Translations under genes and position numbers: made by a program
DNA from: a virus
Taxonomy: Duplodnaviria; Caudoviricetes
Direction: 5' to 3' (one strand)
Virus record (IMG/VR): IMGVR_UViG_3300047561_000389
Location: 1 to 39,370 of that record
Length of the DNA: 39,370 bases
The notes under the pieces: model-generated
Seen by the model: the letters and a program-made list of their open reading frames with translations, nothing else
Told to the model about the DNA's origin: nothing
Databases searched by the model: none
In this document: in pieces, positions 15,717-25,084 of the stretch
How the letters are laid out: every line of letters begins with the position of its first letter
Position numbering within the stretch: position 1 is the stretch's first letter

Positions 15717-15881
15717 TTACTCTACCTTATCTATTTTAACAGCATTGATTAGCGGTGTGGATTGTTCCGCTTGTCGGCGGTCGTATTCTGCCTTCGTCAT
15801 TGACTCGGCTTTATTGTTGATTTCATCAACAATTAAAACCATTTCAACGCCATCTGTGTTTGTGTAATTTTCAAGTGTCAT
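15717..15881 (-). CDS. Small tail-fibre-associated protein (possible chaperone), 54 aa
   Basis: MTLENYTNTDG...SMTKAEYDRRQAEQSTP...; starts immediately after the fibre stop codon. Confidence 0.7.
   Translation of the reverse strand: MTLENYTNTDGVEMVLIVDEINNKAESMTKAEYDRRQAEQSTPLINAVKIDKVE
15753..15772. repeat. 20-bp direct repeat copy 2 (putative recombination site)
   Basis: CGGTGTGGATTGTTCCGCTT, identical to 15611-15630; encodes AEQSTP on the minus strand. Confidence 0.9.
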
Positions 15882-15882
15882 T

Positions 15883-17157
15883 TTATAACTCCGCAACGAA
15901 TCCGAGATAAGCATTATTTGTGGCATTTGCCCCTGCGACTCCACCTTGACCAACTACCAAACCAAGAGCAGTTGTGTATTTGATTAAACAAGATTCCCAG
16001 CCCGAATTATCAAGAACAGGAACCGCACTATTTGTCGAAACAGTGTTACCAGTCAAAATACGATAATCAGCAGCGGTACCACTTGTTTCAAGAGAAGTAG
16101 GATTTACTCTCATTGTTACTGGTAACTTTATAGTTCCGAAAGCAATGGTTGTAGAATAAACAAAAACACTTTGGATGTAAGAGTTAGCGTTACCACCTGT
16201 TGTCCAACGATAGTAATACCTCTGACAAGCGGCTAATTCTCCTTGAAATGTTGCCCCAGCGCGTGAGAATTGTGTGGCAATAGCACCAACCTCAATCTGT
16301 ACGCCAGTTACTTCAAAGTAATCATTTGCCCCAGCAGTGCCAGTTGGTGAGTAAGCAAAATAAGGCGTGAATTCTGTGACAGTTGAACCTAATGTAATTG
16401 TGCTTTGAAACCGTTGCCAAGTAGTTGTCAAAGTGACATTTGTGTCAATGGGTGTTGCTTGTCCAGCATAAGCAACAAATGGGTTCTGGTCTGTACCAGT
16501 ACCAGTAAATAATGCTGCGCGCATTAAATTAGATGTTGCAGAAAAATTAGCACCTGCGCGTGCATAATAGGAAAAGGTAATAGTTTTGCCAACATACGGA
16601 ATTGTGTTAGTAGTTTCGATTGGTGAACCAATGTCGGTTGTGGTCGTACTTGTAGAACCTGAATTCCGTTGCACTCTTGCGCAGTATTGAACAAATGGCA
16701 GATTGGTTGTGTCGCCTGTTACTTGTCGGCTAATTGTTCGCGCTGACATTGTTCCGCCAAACCAGCGGTCAGCGGTATAAACACTTCCTGTTGTAAATGA
16801 AGTACCGCGTTGCCAAATGTCAAAACCGCCATTGACAACTGCGTTTTTGCCAGCAGCCATTGAACCTTGATAGCGCAAACCTGTTGAGGTGGAAGAATCT
16901 GCTACAAGAGTTTCGCCATTGTTGCCTACTGCTAGGCGGTCATTGGTAGTTGAGTAGGTATAGAGATCACCCTTGGTTGTAAGAGGTGACAGATTAGCTG
17001 CATAAGCTAATGCTGTCCAGGCTGTAGAACCTGTACCTATCTTGAATTTATTGGTATCGCTCTCAAACCCGATTTCACCAGCAGCCAATGTTGGGTTGGT
17101 GGAAGTCCAGGTTGCAGCAGTACCACGTCTTGTCTGAATCTGTGTCTGTACAGCCAT
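15883..17157 (-). CDS. Tail fibre / receptor-binding protein (Mtd-N-like anchor plus carbohydrate-binding-like C-terminus)
   Basis: IQTRRGTAATW...GEIGFESDT.KFKIG.G..W anchor; TTKGDL..RLAVG linker; N..NGGFDIWQRG, GVQIEVG and ELAACQRYY motifs. Confidence 0.8.
   Translation of the reverse strand: MAVQTQIQTRRGTAATWTSTNPTLAAGEIGFESDTNKFKIGTGSTAWTALAYAANLSPLTTKGDLYTYSTTNDRLAVGNNGETLVADSSTSTGLRYQGSMAAGKNAVVNGGFDIWQRGTSFTTGSVYTADRWFGGTMSARTISRQVTGDTTNLPFVQYCARVQRNSGSTSTTTTDIGSPIETTNTIPYVGKTITFSYYARAGANFSATSNLMRAALFTGTGTDQNPFVAYAGQATPIDTNVTLTTTWQRFQSTITLGSTVTEFTPYFAYSPTGTAGANDYFEVTGVQIEVGAIATQFSRAGATFQGELAACQRYYYRWTTGGNANSYIQSVFVYSTTIAFGTIKLPVTMRVNPTSLETSGTAADYRILTGNTVSTNSAVPVLDNSGWESCLIKYTTALGLVVGQGGVAGANATNNAYLGFVAEL
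16889..16903. other. Third putative recombinase site with a different core, inside the tail fibre gene
   Basis: GTGGA-AGAA-TCTGCT versus GTGGA-TTGT-TCCGCT in the repeats; lies at the VADSST linker just before the distal domain. Confidence 0.5.
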
Positions 17158-17203
17158 TAGTTATTTCCTTCTTTGTTAGTTGCCGGTGTATTTAGTTGTG
17201 TCA

Positions 17204-17584
17204 TTACGGCGTACCGCCGTCAATAGTTGGTGTACCAGGAGCTGCTACTGAACTCTGGATAGCATTGTTAAAGTAAGTAAGGTCATTACTGGTCAGTACG
17301 TGTCTGACCGTTGCACCTGATGCGTGGGTAATGTTTGATGAACCTGCACGACCACGGACAATTGTGAAGGTATCACCTGAGTTAGCGGTGATAAAGACGA
17401 TCTCTTCGTTAGTAGTATCAGGATCGATAGCCACTGTAAATTGATCGACGTTGCCTGCAGCAAGCGTCACACCACCTAGAAGGGCTGCGCCAGTACCAGT
17501 TGATACAGCTATTGATGTCTGCGAACTGGTAATAGCAGCAGATAAGATTGTTTCTACTGAGATACTTGAATATAACCGAGTCAT
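17204..17584 (-). CDS. Virion structural protein (tail/fibre adaptor)
   Basis: EEIV...TIVRG..G....H..GA.V.H motif; ends IDGGTP. Confidence 0.65.
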   Translation of the reverse strand: MTRLYSSISVETILSAAITSSQTSIAVSTGTGAALLGGVTLAAGNVDQFTVAIDPDTTNEEIVFITANSGDTFTIVRGRAGSSNITHASGATVRHVLTSNDLTYFNNAIQSSVAAPGTPTIDGGTP

Positions 17585-17593
17585 AGGTTTTCC

Positions 17594-18496
17594 TTATTTG
17601 GTGTAGTGAACGCGGATCGGGAAGCGGTCTTGTAACTTAACTGACTCTTCTTGCAGACGTTGCTGGTAAAGAGCAAAGATATATTTAGAAGCAGAAGCAC
17701 CAGCAGTTGAAGGCAACTTAGTATCTGCTAGATCTGCTTCGGCGCTGGATAGGTTGATGCGACCTGTATCAATGTAAGACAGGAGTCTGTATGCAGCTCC
17801 AAGAGTAACGACATCTCTTGACGATTCTGGTAGGCCTGTAACAGTAGCAAAGTCATCACTGTTGTTAGTGAGGTTATTTGGGATAATGGAATAATAGACT
17901 TGGACCGTACGACCAGGGACAATCTTGTCATAGATATTCACCGTCTTAGTAGTGTTGAACGCAGATACATTTGCCATACGGTCAATGCGCCAACGATTAG
18001 TTGGTAGCCATTCCCTTGATGGTCCAGGTGTTTGCCAAGAAATAAACAATACGTCTCTAGTGTCATCTGGTAATGGGTAAGCAATCTGTGCTGCGTTGTA
18101 CTGGAATGTTGTAACTGCTACGCCAAACAACTTTGGATACAGTGAGTTGATCGTATCGTTGAGTGCTTGTCGAATCATTGTTACTGGGAAAGTTGGAGTT
18201 AAAATTACCTGAGCAAGTTCTGCGTGTGGGCTTGGTGTAGTTCCCATATAACCACGACCAAAGCCTGGGGCTACGTTAAGTGTAAGGTTTTGCTTATCAA
18301 AGGAGTTAACCCAAATAAGTTCGTTATCAATCTGGACGATACCTTTAGCAAGGTTATCTGCTGAACCGATCTTGATGGTCAGCGCAGTAGCTGAGATGCC
18401 GCCTGTTGAGGCAAGCCAAGTAATGCGGTCTTGACGAAGTGTGTAACCCTGTAGGTTACTTTGGACTTCGCTTACTAGTTGTCCCAGATTTGGCAT
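17594..18496 (-). CDS. Tail tubular A / head-tail adaptor-like protein
   Basis: 300 aa, QALNDTI...YPLP.D pattern with an inserted IDNELI..RG.GT..H domain; position in the tail module. Confidence 0.6.
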   Translation of the reverse strand: MPNLGQLVSEVQSNLQGYTLRQDRITWLASTGGISATALTIKIGSADNLAKGIVQIDNELIWVNSFDKQNLTLNVAPGFGRGYMGTTPSPHAELAQVILTPTFPVTMIRQALNDTINSLYPKLFGVAVTTFQYNAAQIAYPLPDDTRDVLFISWQTPGPSREWLPTNRWRIDRMANVSAFNTTKTVNIYDKIVPGRTVQVYYSIIPNNLTNNSDDFATVTGLPESSRDVVTLGAAYRLLSYIDTGRINLSSAEADLADTKLPSTAGASASKYIFALYQQRLQEESVKLQDRFPIRVHYTK

Positions 18497-19538
18497 CTAT
18501 TTTGCTCCTGTAGAACGTTACGTTGGTTTGTAATCTTTCATCATCAGGCGATATTTCTAACGCTTTGATTCCGTGCTCAAGTGCAGTTGGGTAATCACCC
18601 AGTTGCCAACTTGATACTGCTATTAGATCGTGAGCCATATGAGTCCACGCCCAGTTCTCCGATAAGAAGCCCATAGGTCTTTCGTTGAACTCCAGTGCCT
18701 TCTTAGCCACAAGCAAGCACTCAGGCCATTGTTGTGTTTTGTAATAATGATGAGCAAGTCCTAATACAGATTCACGGTTAGCGTGTTCTTCTGTACCTTT
18801 GATTAACCACTCTTCTGCCATATTAGGTTCGCAAAAAGATAATGTTCTGCAGGCTGCACTGCGTTCTTCTGGAAAGACTGAGATAGTCAAGTATGCTTTA
18901 AGCATCTTGGCTGCTTCATCAAATCTTTTGTAATAAAAGTATTCTCTACCTAAGTAGTAAGAGTTGCGAGCATCAGGGTTTTCTTTAACTGCCATCTCTA
19001 GCATCTCTAAGTACTGTGCTCTGGACTTAGCTTTATCTTGGCGGTGATGGATTTCTAATCCTGATACTTCGCCTTTGATTTCTTCACGCTCTGAGTCCCA
19101 GTGTGGCACTTCGTGGATAGGATACTTCCACCGTACATCTTTGCGTCTATGAATCTTAAACCCATTAAATTCTAGGTTTGCACTGCCATCTTCATTGAAA
19201 GCCTCAATGCGACGATAATGTGGTCTATCAATACTAGGGTCAATCTTCTCTAGGGCTTCTCGCCAACCAGGAGTTAACTCTTCATCCATATCCAAAGCGA
19301 TGCAGTAATCTACATCAGCTGGTAGTAATGCTAGCGATGCGTTCCGAGCATCGTCGAATCTAAATGGCGAAACAAATATCTCGTAAACCGTAATGCCAAG
19401 ACTTCGTGCAATCTCAATGGTTCTATCTGTTGATCCTGTATCTGCAATGAGGAGATAGTCTGCGTCTTTACAAGACTCATACCATCGTTCAACGTGTTTC
19501 TCCTCGTTTAATGCAATCGTGTATACGGCTATCTTCAT
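18456..19538 (-). CDS. GT2-family glycosyltransferase with TPR repeats
   Basis: IALNEE, DTGSTD, FDDARN, LDMDE (DxD), IHE, then YYLGREY TPR-like helices. Confidence 0.9.
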   Translation of the reverse strand: MKIAVYTIALNEEKHVERWYESCKDADYLLIADTGSTDRTIEIARSLGITVYEIFVSPFRFDDARNASLALLPADVDYCIALDMDEELTPGWREALEKIDPSIDRPHYRRIEAFNEDGSANLEFNGFKIHRRKDVRWKYPIHEVPHWDSEREEIKGEVSGLEIHHRQDKAKSRAQYLEMLEMAVKENPDARNSYYLGREYFYYKRFDEAAKMLKAYLTISVFPEERSAACRTLSFCEPNMAEEWLIKGTEEHANRESVLGLAHHYYKTQQWPECLLVAKKALEFNERPMGFLSENWAWTHMAHDLIAVSSWQLGDYPTALEHGIKALEISPDDERLQTNVTFYRSKIDAKSGTTSKRSPK

Positions 19539-20113
19539 TTGTACCAACTCATATAATCAACATCTTCTAACATCAGATCTGAGTAACTTGGATACTGCTT
19601 AACCATTGGTGGCTTTGCAGCATATGATCTGTACTGGCGATGTAACAATCTATAAGCAACATCTATATGCTCTGGGTAATCTCTACCTTGTTCTAGTGCA
19701 ATCTCCTTGAACTCAGGATTTACACAGTAAGCGTGTAGTGATGATGTATCCATTGCTCTAACCATTATGTCGTTGCAACGCTCACTGTTAAGTAGCACTG
19801 CGCCTAGATAAAAGATGTGCCAGTCTTTAGGTAGTAGTTCAATGAACTCAGTAAAGCGTTCATTAAAGCCTTCCATAAAGTAAGCATCATCTTCTAGGAT
19901 GAGCGTCTTACCTACTGAATCTTCTAGCACTCGGATGTGGCTTTGTTTACAAGCCTGTATTGGATCTATGCCCAATTCCTTAGCATCTATTGCGCTAAAT
20001 CTTTCATAGGTAATACCCAGCTCTTGTAACTGGGCATCAACCTTTTCTAGTCTATCTTTCCTGCGGTCTAGGTTTATCACCACGACCTTATCAAAGTATT
20101 CATTAACCTTCAT
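19535..20113 (-). CDS. GT25-family glycosyltransferase
   Basis: VINLDRRKDR, RFSAID, CKQSH, LILEDD, HAY, ID motifs. Confidence 0.9.
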   Translation of the reverse strand: MKVNEYFDKVVVINLDRRKDRLEKVDAQLQELGITYERFSAIDAKELGIDPIQACKQSHIRVLEDSVGKTLILEDDAYFMEGFNERFTEFIELLPKDWHIFYLGAVLLNSERCNDIMVRAMDTSSLHAYCVNPEFKEIALEQGRDYPEHIDVAYRLLHRQYRSYAAKPPMVKQYPSYSDLMLEDVDYMSWYK

Positions 20114-20125
20114 AGGCTTAGCCTA

Positions 20126-21644
<1,519 letters not shown>

Positions 21645-21645
<1 letters not shown>

Positions 21646-21935
21646 TAAGAAAGCACCTGACGCAATGCTGCTGCTGGTTCTAGTTGGGTTGTACCAGCGA
21701 TGTAGTTACAGATACCAGCAATGTCTAGCCACGTAGGAATCAGGGTTAAACCACCGATAAGGTTAAGTACTCCTACTAAATCTGTAGTTGAACCTAGAGC
21801 TACACCCTTTACTACGGCCCATTTTCTAGCTGCTGCTGCTTGGTCAAGATAAGCAGAGATAGCAGGGTAGGTGCCCCCGTTTGCGAGACGATTTAATTCG
21901 TCGTTTAATGTTGAACCTGCAATACCTAGTGGCAC
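21645..21935 (-). CDS. Hypothetical structural protein
   Basis: GTG start after RBS GAGG; TAATG coupling downstream. Confidence 0.6.
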
Positions 21936-21945
21936 CTACGCTACC

Positions 21946-22251
21946 TCACTTCTTCTTAGTCTTGTTGCGAGCAGAGATTCCTGCCGCTTTCTTTTTAGCA
22001 TCTGCTTTACTAGATGCTCCCCACGCTTGCAAAGATAAAAGTAATCGAGTTGGCTCACCGTTAGGTTTGCGCTCAGGTCCTGGGTTACCACCTGCACGAG
22101 CAAGGTAACTTGCTCTACGTGGATTATCACCAGACTTAACTGGTGGCTTTAGGTTGCTACCTTCTGCCTTAGCAGAGGCACGACCTTTAGCGTTTAGACC
22201 ACCCTTTGGGTTCTGTCCTTCTTTGCGTTGCCAAGCTGGAGTCTTTGCCAT
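21946..22251 (-). CDS. Conserved small basic phage protein (AWQRKEG.NPKGGLNAKGRAS)
   Basis: Lys/Arg-rich; motif resembles a family common in environmental phages. Confidence 0.7.
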   Translation of the reverse strand: MAKTPAWQRKEGQNPKGGLNAKGRASAKAEGSNLKPPVKSGDNPRRASYLARAGGNPGPERKPNGEPTRLLLSLQAWGASSKADAKKKAAGISARNKTKKK

Positions 22252-22406
22252 TATTTTTTCTTTCTTGATGCTGCCGCATTATCTACTAAATTTGGATATG
22301 GTCTTCCTGCAGCCTTGGCGCTGGCTTTAGCCTTTGTCTTTTGTGCAGGTGTTAACTTTGAAGATGTCTTCTTAGGATTCTTTTTATCCCAAAATTCTTT
22401 CTTCAT
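22251..22406 (-). CDS. Small basic protein, 51 aa (MKKEFWDKKNP...GRPYPNLVDN)
   Basis: Hand-translated; coupled to both neighbours. Confidence 0.7.
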   Translation of the reverse strand: MKKEFWDKKNPKKTSSKLTPAQKTKAKASAKAAGRPYPNLVDNAAASRKKK

Positions 22407-22408
22407 TA

Positions 22409-22588
22409 TTAACCCATCTTCTTTTTCATACCAGAAACTTTTTTAAGGTTCGGGTTAGCTTTGACTGCTGCCTTCGAGGCTTTCCTCGCACCTGCAGCAA
22501 GAATTGCACCCGCACTCTCCTTGGAGACACCTTGCTTGGCAGCAATTTTCTTTGCTACTGCTTTGAATCCTGGATGTGCCTTCTTCAT
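22409..22588 (-). CDS. Small Lys/Ala-rich protein, 59 aa (MKKAHPGFKAVAKKIA...)
   Basis: Hand-translated; TAATG coupling. Confidence 0.7.
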   Translation of the reverse strand: MKKAHPGFKAVAKKIAAKQGVSKESAGAILAAGARKASKAAVKANPNLKKVSGMKKKMG

Positions 22589-22701
22589 TATTCGATCTCA
22601 GACTTTTCAGTAAGCTCATTGATGTAACCCATCTCGTTCTTTGGGGCACCAGTCTCAATGTCATCGTATGTTGCGTAACCGCAACCGCATACGGCGCACA
22701 T
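22588..22701 (-). CDS. Small protein, 37 aa (MCAVCGCG...)
   Basis: Hand-translated; TAATG coupling at both ends. Confidence 0.6.
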   Translation of the reverse strand: MCAVCGCGYATYDDIETGAPKNEMGYINELTEKSEIE

Positions 22702-22862
22702 TATTTGCTCACGCTTTTCTTACCGCCAGCAAAAGTTGCCTTTGATCCTACTGCTACTGGAACTCCACCCATAGGCATCGAAGCAGGAATACCAGAAGTA
22801 GATCCCATTCCGTAGCCCTTGTCATTGGTAGACTCAGCACTGTTTCCTTTATCTGTGTTCAT
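22701..22862 (-). CDS. Small hypothetical protein (MNTDKG...)
   Basis: RBS AAGGAG before ATG 22862. Confidence 0.6.
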   Translation of the reverse strand: MNTDKGNSAESTNDKGYGMGSTSGIPASMPMGGVPVAVGSKATFAGGKKSVSK

Positions 22863-22875
22863 TCTTGCTCCTTGG

Positions 22876-23136
22876 TTATATATTGTTGCCATTGAAGGCA
22901 ACGCCTGTGTCGTTACTTAATCTAACTGCAGCATCGATATCTCTTTGCTTAGTAGAAACTGGTTCGATTCCTTGGCGTATTGCGCTGTAATAGGAACCTA
23001 ATTCTTTGTCGTGCTGCTTAGCTGTAGGTACACCATCGTGTCTTGCTTCACCTACTGATAGTTGTAGATCTCCCACCTTGCAACCAAAGCAACCTTCTAC
23101 ATACTCTGGGTGCTTTGTGCGTCTGTGTAAACTCAT
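22876..23136 (-). CDS. Hypothetical protein (H..HPEYVEGCFGCK motif)
   Basis: ORF track; ATGA overlap; His/Cys metal-binding-like motif. Confidence 0.7.
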   Translation of the reverse strand: MSLHRRTKHPEYVEGCFGCKVGDLQLSVGEARHDGVPTAKQHDKELGSYYSAIRQGIEPVSTKQRDIDAAVRLSNDTGVAFNGNNI

Positions 23137-23459
23137 ACGATTAACTCCACGTAAGCTCCATACCCTGCAGCAATAAGAACTGCTGCTTGGGCATCTGTAA
23201 TTACTTGCTGATGACCACCAAGAACATACCAGTCTGCGTCATAGAGATCATCTTGGTATGGATACATAGTTGTTGTAACTGTAGATCCATTAACAATAAA
23301 GGTTACACCACGTGCAATATCTGTTAGATATGGATTGATAGCACCAGTATAAGTACCACCATTGATTTGACGTGCTGCAAGACGTGAGTACTTATCAGGC
23401 CAAGGTTGCCCTGCGCCCCAGGTCTGGTACTCCCAAGGTGTTGTTGCTTGATATGGCAT
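23133..23459 (-). CDS. Hypothetical virion protein
   Basis: RBS AAGGAG; follows the capsid gene. Confidence 0.7.
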   Translation of the reverse strand: MPYQATTPWEYQTWGAGQPWPDKYSRLAARQINGGTYTGAINPYLTDIARGVTFIVNGSTVTTTMYPYQDDLYDADWYVLGGHQQVITDAQAAVLIAAGYGAYVELIV

Positions 23460-23485
23460 TAGTTCTCCTTAGTGAACTGACTCAG

Positions 23486-23509
23486 TGACAGGAGTTGCCT
23501 CCTGCCACC
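23486..23509 (-). other. Stem-loop downstream of the capsid gene
   Basis: Minus strand GTGGCAGGAG-GCAA-CTCCTGTCAC with GNRA loop and no U tract; probably a stabiliser or attenuator. Confidence 0.5.
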
Positions 23510-23528
23510 GCGTTAATCAACTAAATGA

Positions 23529-24467
23529 TTATCCGTTTGTTGCTGATGTTGCGATCTGATATAGAGCAGATGTACGCAATAGGTTGAAGCCACCGAAGTA
23601 GTACCAACCGATTGTGTGGTAACGACGCAAAGCATCGATCTGAGGACCGACAACTGTTGAGATGTCCTGTCCTTGTGCTTCTGCTAGTGCTTCGCGACCT
23701 GCTACAACAGCCTTGTAAACGTTGACTGCAGGTGATTGTGTGTTAGCTGCAAAAGGCACACGAGGTGTCTCTACAACGAAAGCACCTTCGATTACGCCTA
23801 CTGCACCAGCCACGAATGGTGTGCGGTCTACGTACTGTGTAAGTGCCTGGAATCCACCAGTACCAGTTTCAGCGCGAAGATCGGCTGTCTGACGTGGGTG
23901 AAGGTATGCAGCGTACAGTTCGCCAATACGAGGCAATGCCTTGTTTGTGCGAAGTTCTGTAACAGCCTGACGGATATCAGTTACTGCCATTGTTGCTGCT
24001 GCTGTGATTGTGTTGTATGAAGTTGCTGTGTTTCCACCGTAGATAATGTTAGTACCTGATGTTAGAACAGAAGCAACTACAGCATCAATAGAGTCTGCAG
24101 CGTTGTATGCGATGATGTCAGCAAGAGCTGAATCAACATCGTTGAATGAAGTTAGGTTTAACTTCTTAGTTGTTGTAACTGCTGAACCGTATTCCTGTAG
24201 TGTTACAGTGATTTGGTTTGGGTTACCTAGTGCAATAGAAGATACATCTGATGCTTCTGTCAAAGTCGTTGTCGCCTGAGCGAGGTCAGAATAGATTGAG
24301 AATACAACTGATGAACCTGGCATTGCTTGCTGTACTGGCTTTACGTCAGCAAGAGCACGCATCACTGGGATGCTACGTAGTGCCATACGAACGTACTGAT
24401 CGTACGCTGTCTGTACTAAGTTGCTAATTGCAGATGTGCCGGTCAGCGTTCCTGATGGAATTGCCAT
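23529..24467 (-). CDS. Major capsid protein (HK97 fold, N4-gp56-like)
   Basis: 312 aa; VTLQEYG, AYLHP, G.IEG..VET motifs; follows the scaffold gene. Confidence 0.9.
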   Translation of the reverse strand: MAIPSGTLTGTSAISNLVQTAYDQYVRMALRSIPVMRALADVKPVQQAMPGSSVVFSIYSDLAQATTTLTEASDVSSIALGNPNQITVTLQEYGSAVTTTKKLNLTSFNDVDSALADIIAYNAADSIDAVVASVLTSGTNIIYGGNTATSYNTITAAATMAVTDIRQAVTELRTNKALPRIGELYAAYLHPRQTADLRAETGTGGFQALTQYVDRTPFVAGAVGVIEGAFVVETPRVPFAANTQSPAVNVYKAVVAGREALAEAQGQDISTVVGPQIDALRRYHTIGWYYFGGFNLLRTSALYQIATSATNG

Positions 24468-24494
24468 TTAGGATGTGCCTTTCGGTTAGTTGGT

Positions 24495-24962
24495 TTAGAG
24501 TCCAGACATCCGGATAACTTCGTCAAGCTCCTCTTTCGAGTTAGCAGACATTAGTTTCCGCAAAATATCATCTGACGCATCAGGCGTTTGGGCCTGACTA
24601 GTAGCGTTATTCATACGGTTATAGTCTGCAGCTTGCTTTGGGTCAACGGTGTTCTGGTTGGATTCAGTGGTTTGAAATCCGAAAACGTCTCCGTTATCGT
24701 CAAGCCACTTAGACAAAGACTCCTCAGTTGGGTCAATGTCCGATGGAATGAACTTTGCAATTTTGCTGTTCACGCCGCGAGCTTCGAGGGTGTCTCTGAT
24801 TGCTCGTTCTCTTTGTGCTTTGGATAGACCATCGAACTGAGATTTCAGTTCAGCTAGTTCTTTATCCTTTAGCTTGTTTGCTTTACGCAATTGTTTAACG
24901 AGATCATTTGAATCATAAGTTGATTCTGTATCGTCGTCATCCTCGTAGTCGAAATTGGACAT
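24495..24962 (-). CDS. Capsid scaffolding protein
   Basis: Acidic N-terminus, coiled coil (LVKQLRKA...ELAELK), directly upstream of the capsid gene; RBS GGGAG. Confidence 0.75.
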   Translation of the reverse strand: MSNFDYEDDDDTESTYDSNDLVKQLRKANKLKDKELAELKSQFDGLSKAQRERAIRDTLEARGVNSKIAKFIPSDIDPTEESLSKWLDDNGDVFGFQTTESNQNTVDPKQAADYNRMNNATSQAQTPDASDDILRKLMSANSKEELDEVIRMSGL

Positions 24963-25084
24963 AGTCCATCTCCCATTCATTAGTTAATCGCAGACCTCAT
25001 ACAGTTATGGGGATAGCTGTATGGCTTCTACTACCGGTAATTGATATCACTTCACTAGGCCGGTGGTTCTAGTGACAGGCTTAT

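Noticed and set aside
15611-15772. Mini-CRISPR array formed by the 20-bp repeats
   Set aside because: Only two repeats, a 122-bp spacer that contains an ORF, and no cas operon. The Cas4-like gene is a stand-alone phage exonuclease.
15611-16903. Invertible shufflon
   Set aside because: No inverted alternative fibre tips are present and the identical sites are in direct orientation. The third site's core read inverted (AGAA vs ACAA) still mismatches, and inversion would break the genes.
15883-17157. Diversity-generating retroelement suggested by the Mtd-N-like domain
   Set aside because: No reverse transcriptase and no TR/VR repeat pair were found.
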